Below are positions 18,322 to 29,337 of a stretch of 32,000 bases of DNA, one piece after another. A program made the translations under genes and the position numbers. Source of the DNA: Alkalilimnicola ehrlichii MLHE-1 (lineage in GTDB: Bacteria > Pseudomonadota > Gammaproteobacteria > Nitrococcales > Halorhodospiraceae). How positions within the stretch are numbered: the stretch's first letter is position 1; every line of letters begins with the position of its first letter. The stretch is taken from positions 3,030,001 to 3,062,000 of the forward strand of contig NC_008340.1 in the NCBI RefSeq assembly GCF_000014785.1. Direction: 5' to 3'. The notes below the pieces were generated by a model. That model saw nothing but the letters and a program-made list of their open reading frames with translations, did not search any database and was not told the DNA's origin.

Positions 18322-20778
18322 ATGCGTCTGATTGCCCCGCCCTTCCGCCTCCTGCACGTTGGCCTGATCCTCCTCCTCATGGCCCTGCTCACCGCCTGCG
18401 GGGGCGGAAGCTCCAGTACTGATGCCCCCTCCGAGGACACCTACCCGGTCGGCGGCACCCTGACCGGACTTGAGCAGGGCCACACCGTCACCCTGCAACT
18501 GAACGGCGCCAATGACCTGACGCTGGACCACACCGCCAACGACAATCCCTACAGCTTTGCTGTCAAACTGCCCCACGGCAGCGCCTACGAGGTGACCCTC
18601 CCGGCCGAACCGTCGCAACACCACTGCACCATCCACAACGCCACCGGCACCGTGGATGGTGCAGTGATGAACGTGGATGTCGAGTGCACCGCCTTTCCCG
18701 TTCTCGCCGCGGGTGACGACCACACGGTGGCCGTCAAGGCCGACGGCACACTGTGGGCCTGGGGCCGGAATGGCTACGGTCGGCTGGGTCTGGGCGATAC
18801 GGACGACCGCGATGTGCCGGAGCAGGTGGGTACCGACAGCGACTGGACGGCGGTGAGCGCGGGCAGGGATCACACGGTGGCCGTCAAGGCCAATGGCACC
18901 CTATGGGCCTGGGGCCGTTCGGGCCGGATCGGCCTGGGCGATAGCGGTGACCGGGACGAGCCGGAGCAAGTGGGCGTCGATAACGACTGGATTGCATTAA
19001 GCGCGGGGGGCAGCCATACCGTGGCCGTCAAGGCTGATGGCACGCTATGGGCCTGGGGCCGTAACAACGCCGGCCAACTCGGCCTGGGCGATACCAATCA
19101 TCACTATACGCCGACGCAGGTGGGTACCGACACCGACTGGGCCAAGAAGATAAGCGCCGGCCGACGTCACAGCCTGGCCGTCAAGGCCGATGGCAGCCTG
19201 TGGGCTTGGGGCGACAACGAATACGGCCAACTCGGGCTGGGCGATACCGACGAACGCCATGCGCCGGAGCAGGTGGGCAGCAACACCGACTGGGCCGCGA
19301 TAAGCGCCGGCCGACGTCACAGCCTGGCCGTCAAGGCCGACGGCAGCCTCTGGTCATGGGGTTACAACGATAGTGGCCAGCTCGGCTTGGGCGACACCGC
19401 TGACCGTAATGCACCGGAGCAGGTGGGTGCGGATACCGACTGGGACCTGGTGAGCGCGGGCGGGGAGCATTCCCTGGCCGTCAAAGCGGACGGCACCCTC
19501 ATGGTCTGGGGCTTGAATCATCTTGGTCAACTCGGTTTAGGGGATACGGTCAGCCGCGATGCACCGGTGCCGATAGCCAGCGGGATCGCGCTCGTTGCGG
19601 GCCGAAACCACACGGTGGCCGTCAATCCCGACGGCACCCTGCGGGCTTGGGGCGACAACGAATACGGCCAGCTCGGCCTGGGCGTCATGCGGTACATCGT
19701 CACGCCGAGCCAAACCGTCACCGGGTCCGCCTGGGCCGCGGTGAATGGCGGCTCGTTCAACCACAGCCTGGGGCTCAGGGACGACGGGACCCTCTGGGCC
19801 TGGGGCCGAAACAATTATGGCCAGCTCGGCTTGGGCGATACCGACGACCGCGCAACCCCGGAGCAGGTGGGCAGCCATACCGACTGGGCTGCGGTGAATG
19901 CAGCCTCGTACCACACTCTCGCCGTCAAGAATGACGGCACCCTTTGGGCGTGGGGCCGAAACAGCTCCGGCCAACTTGGCCTGAGCGACACGAATGACCG
20001 CCATACACCGGAGCGGGTGGGTAGCGACACTGACTGGGCCACAGTAAGTGTGGGGCAGTCCCACACCTCGGCCGTCAAGCCCGATGGCACCCTCTGGGCC
20101 TGGGGCTGGAACCATTACGGGCAACTGGGACTGGGCGACACCAGTGATCGCCTCTCGCCAGAGCAGGTAGGCGGCGAGAGTAACTGGCTCGCGGTGAGCA
20201 CGGGCTTACACCACACGGTGGCCGTCAAGACCGACGGCACGCTCTGGGCCTGGGGCTGGAATGTCCGTGGTCAGCTGGGTCTGGGCCACACCAGCGATCG
20301 CCACGCGCCGGTGCAGGTGGGTAGCGATACCGACTGGGCCGCAGTGAGCGCGAGCGGGTACCGCACCCTGGCGGTCAAGGCCGATGGCACCCTCTGGGCA
20401 TGGGGGGAGAACAACAACGGGCAACTGGGCCTTGGTGACACCGACAACCGCAACACGCCTGCTCAGGTAGGCAATGATGCCGACTGGGCGGCGGTGAGCA
20501 CGGGCTTATTCCACACGCTGGCCTTCAAAGAGGACGACACCCTCTGGGCCTGGGGGCGGAACCATGACGGCCAGCTTGGCCTGGGCGATACCGACAACCG
20601 CGATGCACCGGTGCAGGTGGGCAACGAGACTGACTGGTCCACAGTGAGTGGCGGTGGTTACCACACCCTGGCCACCATGTCAGACGGGACCCTGCGGGCC
20701 TGGGGCTTGAACACCAGCGGCCAACTCGGCCAGCGCACGATGTGGTTCGACCAGCCTCAGGAGGTGCCGGGGTGGTAG
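18322..20778 (+). CDS. RCC1-repeat lipoprotein, paralog 2 (818 aa)
   Basis: [26 protein letters not shown] lipobox; same N-terminal domain as paralog 1; 14 RCC1-like repeats; same C-terminus [10 protein letters not shown]. Confidence 0.95.
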   Translation: MRLIAPPFRLLHVGLILLLMALLTACGGGSSSTDAPSEDTYPVGGTLTGLEQGHTVTLQLNGANDLTLDHTANDNPYSFAVKLPHGSAYEVTLPAEPSQHHCTIHNATGTVDGAVMNVDVECTAFPVLAAGDDHTVAVKADGTLWAWGRNGYGRLGLGDTDDRDVPEQVGTDSDWTAVSAGRDHTVAVKANGTLWAWGRSGRIGLGDSGDRDEPEQVGVDNDWIALSAGGSHTVAVKADGTLWAWGRNNAGQLGLGDTNHHYTPTQVGTDTDWAKKISAGRRHSLAVKADGSLWAWGDNEYGQLGLGDTDERHAPEQVGSNTDWAAISAGRRHSLAVKADGSLWSWGYNDSGQLGLGDTADRNAPEQVGADTDWDLVSAGGEHSLAVKADGTLMVWGLNHLGQLGLGDTVSRDAPVPIASGIALVAGRNHTVAVNPDGTLRAWGDNEYGQLGLGVMRYIVTPSQTVTGSAWAAVNGGSFNHSLGLRDDGTLWAWGRNNYGQLGLGDTDDRATPEQVGSHTDWAAVNAASYHTLAVKNDGTLWAWGRNSSGQLGLSDTNDRHTPERVGSDTDWATVSVGQSHTSAVKPDGTLWAWGWNHYGQLGLGDTSDRLSPEQVGGESNWLAVSTGLHHTVAVKTDGTLWAWGWNVRGQLGLGHTSDRHAPVQVGSDTDWAAVSASGYRTLAVKADGTLWAWGENNNGQLGLGDTDNRNTPAQVGNDADWAAVSTGLFHTLAFKEDDTLWAWGRNHDGQLGLGDTDNRDAPVQVGNETDWSTVSGGGYHTLATMSDGTLRAWGLNTSGQLGQRTMWFDQPQEVPGW
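18706..20775 (+). repeat. 14 in-frame RCC1-like repeats with small length variation (48-51 aa, last 43 aa)
   Basis: Manual alignment of the translation from aa 129 onward. Confidence 0.92.
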
Positions 20779-20877
20779 GCCAATGACGAATGTCCGCAGC
20801 TATCGGGGGCTGGCGCTTCACCTGCGGTGTCCATCCAGGCTACATTCCCACGGAAATGCCGATTGGGAGACTTCTTA

Positions 20878-21393
20878 ATGAGCCAGGCGGAGTTCCAGCC
20901 CCTCAATATCGCAGTACTGACCGTGTCCGACACCCGCGACCTGGACAGCGACCGCTCCGGCCAAACGCTCGCCGAGCGCATCAAGGCGAGCGGCCACCGG
21001 CTGGCGGAGCGCTTGGTGGTGCCCGACTGCCGTTACCGGATCCGCGCCGAGCTGTCCCGGTGGATCGCCGACGAGGCGGTGCAGGCAGTGATCACCACCG
21101 GCGGCACCGGGGTGACCGGCCGCGACATCACGCCGGAGGCCGTCCGTCCGCTGCTGGATCTGGAGGTGGAGGGCTTCGGCGAGATGTTCCGCTGGCTCTC
21201 CCTGCAGGAGATCCGCACCTCCACGGTGCAGTCCCGGGCGCTCGGCGGTATCGCCAACGCCACGCTGATCTTCGTGCTCCCCGGCTCCACCGGGGCCTGC
21301 CGCACGGCCTGGGACGGCATTCTCAAGGACCAGCTCGACGCCCGCCACAAGCCCTGCAACTTCGTCACCCTGATGCCACGCATGCGGGAATAG
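20878..21393 (+). CDS. moaB: Molybdenum cofactor biosynthesis protein B
   Basis: [91 protein letters not shown]. Confidence 0.95.
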   Translation: MSQAEFQPLNIAVLTVSDTRDLDSDRSGQTLAERIKASGHRLAERLVVPDCRYRIRAELSRWIADEAVQAVITTGGTGVTGRDITPEAVRPLLDLEVEGFGEMFRWLSLQEIRTSTVQSRALGGIANATLIFVLPGSTGACRTAWDGILKDQLDARHKPCNFVTLMPRMRE

Positions 21394-21473
21394 AACCCGC
21401 GCGCCTCAGGGTGTAAGCTTGCGCACCGCACCGCCCCCTGGGCGGCCCATGCACAAGCCCTGCGTAGCGGACC

Positions 21474-22595
21474 ATGTATTCGTCTCATACCGTGCCCCTC
21501 AACCAGCACCCGGATGGCGGCTGGACCCATCAGGTCCAGGCGGACAAGGCCTATCAGGACTCCGTCCTGCCGGGGGTCTCGCGCACCTTTGCCCTGACCA
21601 TCCCGCAGCTGCCCGAGTACCTGCGCGGGACGGTCACCAACGCCTACCTGCTCTGCCGCATCGCCGATACCATCGAAGACCACCTCCCCGGTGACAGCGT
21701 GGCCAAGGCGGAGTGGTTCAAGCGCCTGGACATTGCCCTGCGCGGCCAGGAGCCGGCGGAGCCCTTCGGCCGCGAGCTCGCGCGGATGTTCCCGCGCCAA
21801 TCCACCCCGCGCACGGAGCTGGAACTGGTTCGCAACACCCACCGGGTGTTGCGGGTCACCCGCGCCTTGCCCGCCTGGCAACGCCGCTCCGTGGTCCGCT
21901 GCGTGCGGGTGCTCGCCAAGGGAATGGCCCGTTTCCAGGCCAACAAACGGCCGGACGGGCTGGCGGATATGGCCGCCTTCGATGACTATTGCTACCACGT
22001 GGCCGGTGTGGTCGGCGAGATGCTGACCGTGCTCTTCTGCGGCTATTCCACCGTGATGGGGCGCCACCGCCAGGAGCTGATGCGCATGTCACTCTCTTTC
22101 GGCCAGGCGCTGCAGATGACCAACATCCTGAAGGATGTCTGGAACGACCGCGAACGGGGGGTCTGCTGGCTACCGCGCGACATCTTTGCCGGGGCCGGTT
22201 GCCCGCTGGACGCCGATGCCGACTGGGCCGGTGACCCCCACTTCCACGAGGGCATGCGCCGCATGGTGGCCATCGCTCGCGGGCACCTGGATCGCGGTTT
22301 CGAGTACGTACTGCAGATCCCGGTCAGCGAGCCGGGTATCCGGCGGTTCTGCATCTGGGCCCTGGGCATGGCCGCCCTGACCCTGGGCAACATCCACCGC
22401 CACCCGCAGTTCCGTGACCCGGCCGAGATCAAGATCAGCCGGCGCACGGTCCGCGGGCTGATGACCATCACCCCGGCGCTGGTCCGTCGCGACTGGCTGC
22501 TGAAGGCCAGCTATGCGGCGGCCACCCGGCGCCTGCCCCCGGCCGATGTCCGCCCCGCCCACAACCCCGCCCATGGTGGCCCGGCCGGTCGCTGA
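21474..22595 (+). CDS. Squalene/phytoene synthase family protein (squalene synthase-like)
   Basis: SRTFALTIPQLPEYLRGTVTNAYLLCRIADTIEDH and QMTNILKDVWNDRERGVCWLP with both DxxxD motifs. Confidence 0.92.
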   Translation: MYSSHTVPLNQHPDGGWTHQVQADKAYQDSVLPGVSRTFALTIPQLPEYLRGTVTNAYLLCRIADTIEDHLPGDSVAKAEWFKRLDIALRGQEPAEPFGRELARMFPRQSTPRTELELVRNTHRVLRVTRALPAWQRRSVVRCVRVLAKGMARFQANKRPDGLADMAAFDDYCYHVAGVVGEMLTVLFCGYSTVMGRHRQELMRMSLSFGQALQMTNILKDVWNDRERGVCWLPRDIFAGAGCPLDADADWAGDPHFHEGMRRMVAIARGHLDRGFEYVLQIPVSEPGIRRFCIWALGMAALTLGNIHRHPQFRDPAEIKISRRTVRGLMTITPALVRRDWLLKASYAAATRRLPPADVRPAHNPAHGGPAGR

Positions 22596-22598
22596 GCC

Positions 22599-23480
22599 AT
22601 GACGGACGCCCGCCCCGACCCCATTCGCGAGGCCATCGCCCGGGTGCTTGGCGTGCCGGCGGCCGAGCTGCGCCTGCAGGGGGTGGGCGGCGGCTGCGTC
22701 AGTGACACCGCACGGGTCCATGCCGGCGGTCGCACCGCCTTCCTGAAGCGCGAACCCGCCAGTCGGGGCTGGCAGCTCGCCGCCGAGGCCGAGGGGCTGG
22801 AGGCGCTGGCCGCCGCCGGCGCCCTGCGCGTCCCCCGGCCGTTGTCCCAGGACGAGGCCGACGGTCAGGCCTGGCTGCTGATGGAGTACCTGGAGATCGA
22901 GCGCGCCGGGGACTGGGCCGCCATGGGCCGGGCCCTGGCCGCCACCCATGCCGCGACGGCGGACCGGCACGGCTGGCACCGGGACAACGCCCTAGGCGGC
23001 ACCCCGCAGGACAACACCCGTGAGGCCGACTGGGCCCTATTCTTCCGTGACCGGCGGCTGCGCCCGCAACTGGCACTGGCCGCGGCCAACGGCCACGACG
23101 GCCCCTGGCTGGAGCGCGGCGCCCGGCTGGCCGAGCGGCTGCCATCCCTGCTGGACCACGCTCCGGCCCCCTCGCTGTTACACGGGGACTTCTGGGGCGG
23201 CAACGCCGGGTTCTGCGCCGGCCGGCCCGCCACCTGGGACCCGGCGGTACACTACGGCGACCGCGAGTGCGATCTGGCCATGGCGGCCCTGTTCGGCGGC
23301 TTCGGCCCGGCCTTCCGGCACGCTTACCAGGCGGAGTGGCCGCTGCCGCCGGGCCATGAGCTGCGCCAGGAGCTCTACCAGCTCTACCACATCCTCAACC
23401 ACCTCAACCTGTTCGGGGCGGCCTATCTGGGCAGCGCGCGGCGCCTGATCGACCGGCTGCTGGCCGCCGGCAACGGTTGA
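22599..23480 (+). CDS. Fructosamine kinase / ketosamine-3-kinase family protein
   Basis: GGCVSDTARV, TAFLKREP, WLLMEYLEI, GRALAATHAATADRHGWHRDNALGGTPQDN, SLLHGDFWGGNAGF, WDPAVHYGDRECDLAMAALFGGF. Confidence 0.93.
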   Translation: MTDARPDPIREAIARVLGVPAAELRLQGVGGGCVSDTARVHAGGRTAFLKREPASRGWQLAAEAEGLEALAAAGALRVPRPLSQDEADGQAWLLMEYLEIERAGDWAAMGRALAATHAATADRHGWHRDNALGGTPQDNTREADWALFFRDRRLRPQLALAAANGHDGPWLERGARLAERLPSLLDHAPAPSLLHGDFWGGNAGFCAGRPATWDPAVHYGDRECDLAMAALFGGFGPAFRHAYQAEWPLPPGHELRQELYQLYHILNHLNLFGAAYLGSARRLIDRLLAAGNG

Positions 23481-24101
23481 TCAGTCCGCCGCCCGGGCCC
23501 GACCCTCGTACATGTAGGTCAGCAGCCGGGGCCCCGTGGGGAAAAAACCGGTCTCCAGCCCCTCCAAGCACAGGCCCGAGCTCTCCACCGCCCTATCCAC
23601 CGCCCGGTTGAGGTTGCAGCCCCCGGCCAGCCGGCGCCAGACCGGGTTGAGCCGGTGCTGCCAACGGCGCAGCCCCGGCGTTGGCCCCAGGCCGTGCTCA
23701 ACAAACAGGAAGTGACCGCCGGGGCGCAGCACCCGCCGCACCTCGGACAGCGTCCGAGCCAGATCATCCACGCTGCACAGCGTCCAGGTGCTGACCACGG
23801 TGTCGACGCTGGCATCTGGCAGCGGGATCGCCTCCGCCCCCACCTGAAGGGGGGCCAATGGCAGACCCAGCTCCGCCGCCCGGGCCCGTGCCCGGTCGAT
23901 CAGCCAGGCGGACGGCTCCACCGCCGTTACCCGGGTGACGGCACGGGGGTAATAGGGCAGATTGGCGCCAGCACCCGCGCCCAGTTCCAACACATGGCCA
24001 CGGGCCTCCGCCAGGGCCCGGCGCCGATAGGGCAAAAATTGGGGGTTCCGCATGCAGAGCGCTGTCAGGCGCGGACAACACCAATCCCGATAAAGTCCCA
24101 T
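23481..24101 (-). CDS. Class I SAM-dependent methyltransferase
   Basis: HVLELGAGAGANLPYYP, VTAVEPS, AEAIPLPDASVDTVVSTWTLCSVDD, LRPGGHFLFVEH. An upstream start at 24200 is possible. Confidence 0.9.
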   Translation of the reverse strand: MGLYRDWCCPRLTALCMRNPQFLPYRRRALAEARGHVLELGAGAGANLPYYPRAVTRVTAVEPSAWLIDRARARAAELGLPLAPLQVGAEAIPLPDASVDTVVSTWTLCSVDDLARTLSEVRRVLRPGGHFLFVEHGLGPTPGLRRWQHRLNPVWRRLAGGCNLNRAVDRAVESSGLCLEGLETGFFPTGPRLLTYMYEGRARAAD

Positions 24102-24204
24102 GGTGGCTTCCACCTCTCCCGGGTCTTGAAACGACGACGGGCCGGCATGCAGCCGGCCCGTTCGGGGCATCATCAGGCCAAGGCGCCCACCGGCGCCCAA
24201 CGCC

Positions 24205-24699
24205 TTAGTGGGTGGGCGTCCGGCGGCGCGGCAGGTGGCCCTCGTCGGCCAACCGCTGGTGCAACTGGGTGGTGTTCAGGCGGGTGAGGTCCTTCGGGAC
24301 CTCGCGCAGCTCCAGGTTACCGTGCAGGCGACCATTCATGCTCGGGCGCAGAAAACCCAGCATGCGCTTCTCGGCGCACAATACCACGCGCCGGGTACCG
24401 TTCTTGGCGGTCATCTGGTTGAGGGTGTCTGCGATATCCTTCGCAAAGCGACGCTCCATCTCATCGTCGTGGTTCTTCCGGTGCTCGTCGTACCCGTGGG
24501 CGTTACCGCTGGGGGATCGGTTTCTGCCGCGGCGGATGTCGCTCCAGACAGCCTCTTCATGGGCCTGATGCTCGGTGTTGGTCAACGCTTGTCGCTCCAC
24601 CAGATTCGGCCCCCCCTCCATCTCCGGCACCTCTGCCGGCTCCAGGGTGAAGAACCGGGCGCGTGAGCCCTGGGCAACCACAACGCAGTACTCGCTCAT
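24205..24699 (-). CDS. Host attachment protein-like (AtsA/BaeRF-related family)
   Basis: CVVVAQGSRARFFTLEPAE...LVERQALTNTEHQAHEE...HDDEMERRFAKDIADTLN...VVLCAEKRMLGFLRPSM. Family recognised by eye. Confidence 0.72.
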   Translation of the reverse strand: MSEYCVVVAQGSRARFFTLEPAEVPEMEGGPNLVERQALTNTEHQAHEEAVWSDIRRGRNRSPSGNAHGYDEHRKNHDDEMERRFAKDIADTLNQMTAKNGTRRVVLCAEKRMLGFLRPSMNGRLHGNLELREVPKDLTRLNTTQLHQRLADEGHLPRRRTPTH

Positions 24700-24896
24700 G
24701 AGGCAATCTCCCTCGGCTGGGACACACTTCGCAAGTCACTCCCACCCGGCGCCGGCGTGCCGTGTCGTTCGGCACAACGAAAGCACCCCACGCCCACGAC
24801 GGAACGGAGTGACGAAAAGACGGTCTGCACTTACCATTATAGAGAGGCTGGCCACGAAGTCAGCCGCTGCGACAATCAGGCCTCGGAGGGCAATAA

Positions 24897-26996
24897 ATGG
24901 GCAACATCATCAAATGGTTACTGATCGGACTGGGCGGTCTGCTCGGCCTGATTGTCATTGCCCTAGTGGCGGTGTTGCTGCTGGTGGACCCCAACGACTA
25001 CCGCGACCGCATCGAGGCCGCCGTGGAGCAGGAGACCGGCCGCAGCCTCACCATCGAGGGGGACCTCTCGCTCAGCATCTTCCCCTGGCTGGCCCTGGAA
25101 CTGGGCCGCACCACCCTGGCCGACGCCGAGGGCTTTCATGACGCCCCCTTTCTCGAGGTGGACCAGGTCGATGTGGGGGTGCAGCTGGTGCCACTGCTGC
25201 TGCGCCGGGAGCTGGTCACCCGCACGGTGGTGCTCGATGGCCTGACGGTCCGGCTGATGGTGGATGAACAGGGCCGCGGCAACTGGGAGGACCTGCTGCC
25301 AGAGGAGGCGGACCCCGAGCCGGCACCCATGCCCGACGAACCACGGGCGCCCCGCGATCTGGGTGAGACCCTGGCCAACGTCGGCGGCCTGGACATCCGT
25401 AACGCGCGGCTGAGCTGGGAGGACCGGCAGAGCGCCCTGCGGCTGCAGGTGGATCCGTTCAACCTGGATCTGGACGCCGTGCGCATCGACGACCCCATGC
25501 AACTGCAAATGGACTGGGTGCTGACCGGGGATGACCTGCCCCGGGTGGCCGGCGAACTGAGCAGTGCCATTACCGTCGACGGCACCCTCAGCCACCTGGC
25601 GCTGGACGGCCTGCGTCTGGAGGTCACCGCCAGCGGCGACGACCTGCCCGCGGACGGCATCGCCGCCAGCCTCCGGGGCAATCCCCGGGTCGACCTGGAC
25701 GCGCAGGCCCTGGACTGGCCCGACCTGGTGCTGGAAACCCTCGGGCTGCGCGCGGAGCTGGCCCTTCAGGGACGCCAGACCGACACCGGCCCGGAGGCCG
25801 AGGGCCGGCTGCAGGTGGCAACGTTCAACCTGCGCGAGCTGATAGCGCGCCTGGAGCTGGACGCGCCCGACACCGCCGATCCCGATGTGCTCACCCGGGT
25901 GGGCCTGTCGGGCGACCTGCGCTGGGCGGACGAGGTCCTGCACCTCACCGGCCTGGACTGGCGACTGGATGACACCACCCTGAACGGCGAGATCAGCATG
26001 CACGACTTCGCCGGGCCCGGGGCCCGGTTCGACCTGGCGGTGGACGAGATCGATCTGGATCGCTACCTCCCGGAACCGGCGGAGACCGCCAACGGCCCGG
26101 GCGAACCGGGCCCGGCCGGTGCCGGGGAGATCGAACTGCCGCTGGAACTGCTGCGCGGCCTGGACCTGGCCGGCGATTTCCGCGTGGGACGCCTCAAGGT
26201 GGCCGGCCTGCGGATGAGCGACATCCACGCCCGGCTGCACACCGACAACGGCCTGATCCGGCTCGACCCCACCAGCGCAGCCCTCTACGACGGGCGCTAT
26301 GAGGGCCGGCTGCAGTTGGACGCCCGCCCGGACATCCCGCAGTACGCCGTGCGGGCCCAGCTCGAGGGCATCGACTTTGACCCGCTGATCACCGATCTCA
26401 CCGGCGATGAGAGCCTGCTCCTGGGCCGTGGCAACCTGGTGCTGGACGTCACCACCCGGGGTAACAACATGGACGCCCTGACCGCCACGCTCAACGGCAA
26501 CGGCCGCTTCCGGGTCACCGACGGGGCCATCCGCGGCATCAACCTCGCCAAGACCCTGCGCGACGCCCAGGACCGGCTGCGCGGGCGCAGCCCGGAGGAC
26601 ACAGACGAGCCCCGCCGGACCGACTTCAGTGAGCTGACCGGCAGCTTCGTCATCAACAACGGCGTGGTCCGCAACGACGATCTCAGCGCCCAGTCCCCCC
26701 TGCTGCGGGTCACCGGCAACGGCCAGGCCAACCTGCCGGACGAGACCATCGACTACCGCCTGCGCACCAGCGTGGTGGGCACGCTCAAGGGCCAGGACGG
26801 CCAGCCGCGCGAGGAACTGCGCGGGCTCACCATCCCGCTGCGGTTCCGCGGCGACCTCTACGACCCCAGCATCAGCGTGGACATCGCCGAGGCCCTGCGC
26901 GGCGAACAACTGGAGCGTATCGAACGGGAGGTGGAGCGCGGCCGGGAGCGGTTGCGTGAGGACGTGGAGGACCGCCTGCGGGGGCTGTTCGATTGA
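24897..26996 (+). CDS. AsmA family protein
   Basis: N-terminal TM then DPNDYRDRIEAAVEQETGRSLTIEGDLSLSIFPWLALELGRTTLADAEGF and C-terminal AsmA segment NGRFRVTDGAIRGINLAKTLRD. Confidence 0.93.
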   Translation: MGNIIKWLLIGLGGLLGLIVIALVAVLLLVDPNDYRDRIEAAVEQETGRSLTIEGDLSLSIFPWLALELGRTTLADAEGFHDAPFLEVDQVDVGVQLVPLLLRRELVTRTVVLDGLTVRLMVDEQGRGNWEDLLPEEADPEPAPMPDEPRAPRDLGETLANVGGLDIRNARLSWEDRQSALRLQVDPFNLDLDAVRIDDPMQLQMDWVLTGDDLPRVAGELSSAITVDGTLSHLALDGLRLEVTASGDDLPADGIAASLRGNPRVDLDAQALDWPDLVLETLGLRAELALQGRQTDTGPEAEGRLQVATFNLRELIARLELDAPDTADPDVLTRVGLSGDLRWADEVLHLTGLDWRLDDTTLNGEISMHDFAGPGARFDLAVDEIDLDRYLPEPAETANGPGEPGPAGAGEIELPLELLRGLDLAGDFRVGRLKVAGLRMSDIHARLHTDNGLIRLDPTSAALYDGRYEGRLQLDARPDIPQYAVRAQLEGIDFDPLITDLTGDESLLLGRGNLVLDVTTRGNNMDALTATLNGNGRFRVTDGAIRGINLAKTLRDAQDRLRGRSPEDTDEPRRTDFSELTGSFVINNGVVRNDDLSAQSPLLRVTGNGQANLPDETIDYRLRTSVVGTLKGQDGQPREELRGLTIPLRFRGDLYDPSISVDIAEALRGEQLERIEREVERGRERLREDVEDRLRGLFD

Positions 26997-28081
26997 TGGC
27001 GGACCGCCCCGGCGCACCGGGCACTGAGGAGGAGGCGGTCAATCGGACCCGGGCGGCGATCCTGGCCTGGTTCGACCGCCACGGCCGCCACGACCTGCCC
27101 TGGCAGCATCCGGCCACCCCCTACCGGGTGTGGGTCTCGGAGGTGATGCTGCAACAGACCCAGGTGGCCACCGTGGTGCCCTACTTCCACCGTTTCATGC
27201 GCCGATTCCCCAGCCCGCGTGCGCTGGCGGACGCACCACAGGAGGAGGTGCTGGCGCTCTGGGCCGGGCTGGGTTACTACGCCCGCGCCCGCAACCTGCA
27301 CCGGGCCGCGCAACACATCCGCGATCAATACGGCGGGGAACTGCCCGCAGACCTGGACGCCCTGGAGGCCCTCCCCGGCATCGGCCGCTCCACCGCCGGC
27401 GCCATCCACTCCCTCGGCCAGGGGCGCCGGGCGGTCATCCTGGATGGCAACGTCAAGCGGGTGCTGGCCCGCTGGCATGCGGTGGACGGCTGGCCCGGCC
27501 GGACCGCCGTCGCCCGCCGGCTGTGGGCGCTCGCCGAGCACTACACCCCGGCCCACCGCTGCGCCGACTACAACCAGGCCATGATGGACCTGGGCGCTAC
27601 CGTCTGCACCCGGCGCACCCCCCGCTGCCATGAGTGCCCACTGCAGGCCCGATGCGCCGGCCACGCCAGCGGCCGGCCGGAGGCCTGGCCCACCCCGAAA
27701 CCCAAGCGCCGGCGCCCGCTGCGCCAGACCCGCATGCTCATTCTCCAGCACGGCGACCGGGTGCTGCTGCAGCGCCGCCCCCCGAGCGGCGTCTGGGGCG
27801 GCCTCTGGAGCTTGCCCGAGGCGGCCGTGGACGCCGACCCGAAGAGCGCGGCGGCCGCGCTCGGCCTCAAGGTCGACCAGGCCGGCCACTGGCCGCCCCT
27901 GCGCCACGCCTTCAGCCACTTTGAACTGGACATCCACCCGATTCACCTGCGGGTTTCCGGGGCGGGCCAAGCGGTGAAGGAGAGTGATACACTTTGGCAA
28001 TCCATTCATGACACCGGCGCCCGGGCGGTGGCCGCCCCGGTGGCCCGGTTACTGGAACGACTCAGGGAGTACACACCATGA
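26996..28081 (+). CDS. mutY: A/G-specific adenine DNA glycosylase
   Basis: [40 protein letters not shown], HhH region [29 protein letters not shown] cluster region, C-terminal NUDIX-like part. Start overlaps the AsmA stop. Confidence 0.96.
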   Translation: MADRPGAPGTEEEAVNRTRAAILAWFDRHGRHDLPWQHPATPYRVWVSEVMLQQTQVATVVPYFHRFMRRFPSPRALADAPQEEVLALWAGLGYYARARNLHRAAQHIRDQYGGELPADLDALEALPGIGRSTAGAIHSLGQGRRAVILDGNVKRVLARWHAVDGWPGRTAVARRLWALAEHYTPAHRCADYNQAMMDLGATVCTRRTPRCHECPLQARCAGHASGRPEAWPTPKPKRRRPLRQTRMLILQHGDRVLLQRRPPSGVWGGLWSLPEAAVDADPKSAAAALGLKVDQAGHWPPLRHAFSHFELDIHPIHLRVSGAGQAVKESDTLWQSIHDTGARAVAAPVARLLERLREYTP

Positions 28082-28344
28082 CGCGGATGGTGCAATGCGT
28101 GCGACTGGGCAGGGAGGCCGAGGGCCTGCCCCGCCCCCCCTACCCCGGCGAGCTGGGCAAGCGCATCTACGAAAACGTCTCCAAGGAGGCCTGGCAGGAG
28201 TGGCTCCGCCACCAGACCATGCTCATCAACGAGTACCGCCTCACCCCCGTGGAGCCGCGCGCCCGCCAGTTCCTGGAGAAGGAGATGGAGAACTTCTTCT
28301 TCGGTGACGGCTCCTCCGCACCGCCGGACTACCAGCCCGAGTGA
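28078..28344 (+). CDS. yggX: Probable Fe(2+)-trafficking protein
   Basis: [52 protein letters not shown]; 4-nt ATGA overlap with mutY. Confidence 0.95.
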   Translation: MTRMVQCVRLGREAEGLPRPPYPGELGKRIYENVSKEAWQEWLRHQTMLINEYRLTPVEPRARQFLEKEMENFFFGDGSSAPPDYQPE

Positions 28345-28395
28345 CCCGTCGACCCTTGACGGCCGGAGCCATATCAGGTTTAATCACCGCCCGTT

Positions 28396-28471
28396 GGCCA
28401 GGTAGCTCAGTCGGTAGAGCAGGGGATTGAAAATCCCCGTGTCGGGAGTTCGATTCTCTCCCTGGCCACCA
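28396..28471 (+). tRNA. tRNA-Phe (anticodon GAA)
   Basis: GGCCAGGTAGCTCAGTCGGTAGAGCAGGGGATTGAAAATCCCCGTGTCGGGAGTTCGATTCTCTCCCTGGCCACCA, 76-nt cloverleaf with encoded CCA. Confidence 0.97.
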
Positions 28472-28478
28472 TCTTCGG

Positions 28479-28507
28479 AAGGCCGAGCCGGTGCGCTCGG
28501 CCTTTTT
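28479..28507 (+). terminator. Rho-independent terminator after tRNA-Phe
   Basis: aaggccgagc / gctcggcctt perfect stem followed by TTTTT. Confidence 0.88.
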
Positions 28508-28563
28508 CGTTCCCAGGCACCCTCCCCGGGCGCCGTCTCGCGCCCTGGCCTAAGCTGTTGCCC

Positions 28564-29280
28564 ATGTCCGAGACTGCCGACACCAATCAGACCGCCGTCG
28601 TCCTCTTCTCCGGCGGGCAGGACTCCACCACCTGTCTGGCCTGGGCGCTGGCCCGTTACCACCGGGTCCACACCGTGGCCTTCGACTACGGCCAGCGCCA
28701 CCGGGTGGAGCTGGCGTGCCGACAGCGGGTGCGCGAGGCCATCGGCCAGCACTTCGCCGGCTGGGGTGCGCGGCTGGGCGAGGACCACCTGCTGGACCTG
28801 ACCAGCCTGGGTGAGATCAGTGACACCAGCCTGACCCGCGAGCGCGCCATCGAGATCCGCGACAGCGGCCTGCCGGACACCTTCGTGCCCGGGCGCAACC
28901 TGTTGTTCCTCACCTACGCGGCGGCGCTGGCCTGGCGGCTGCAGGCCCGGCACCTAATCACCGGCGTCTGCGAGACCGACTACTCCGGCTATCCGGACTG
29001 CCGTGACGACACCATCAAGGCCCTGCAGGTGGCCCTGAACCTGGGCATGGACAGCCACTTCGTGCTGCACACGCCGCTGATGTGGCGGGACAAGGCCCAG
29101 ACCTGGGCGCTGGCCGAGACCCTCGGCGGAGCCGACCTGGTAGAGCTCATTGCCGAGCACACCCACACCTGCTACCTGGGCGATCGGACACAGCGTCACG
29201 ATTGGGGTTACGGCTGTGGCGAATGCCCGGCCTGCCGGCTGCGCGCCCAGGGTTGGCGCCGCCACCGCGGCCTTTGCTAG
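28564..29280 (+). CDS. queC: 7-cyano-7-deazaguanine synthase
   Basis: [19 protein letters not shown] (PP-loop), [55 protein letters not shown]. Confidence 0.96.
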   Translation: MSETADTNQTAVVLFSGGQDSTTCLAWALARYHRVHTVAFDYGQRHRVELACRQRVREAIGQHFAGWGARLGEDHLLDLTSLGEISDTSLTRERAIEIRDSGLPDTFVPGRNLLFLTYAAALAWRLQARHLITGVCETDYSGYPDCRDDTIKALQVALNLGMDSHFVLHTPLMWRDKAQTWALAETLGGADLVELIAEHTHTCYLGDRTQRHDWGYGCGECPACRLRAQGWRRHRGLC

Positions 29281-29337
29281 ACGCGGGTCCGGCAGGGAAC
29301 ATGGCGTTCCGGGCGCGCCGGACTATAAACTGCTGGC

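Noticed and set aside
16091-20775. Possible CRISPR or non-coding satellite from the highly regular 150-bp DNA repeats
   Set aside because: The repeats are in frame and encode RCC1-like units with conserved codon positions inside two intact ORFs.
24963-27017. 684-aa minus-strand ORF
   Set aside because: Fully antisense to the well-supported AsmA gene; the composition is typical of a GC-rich shadow ORF.
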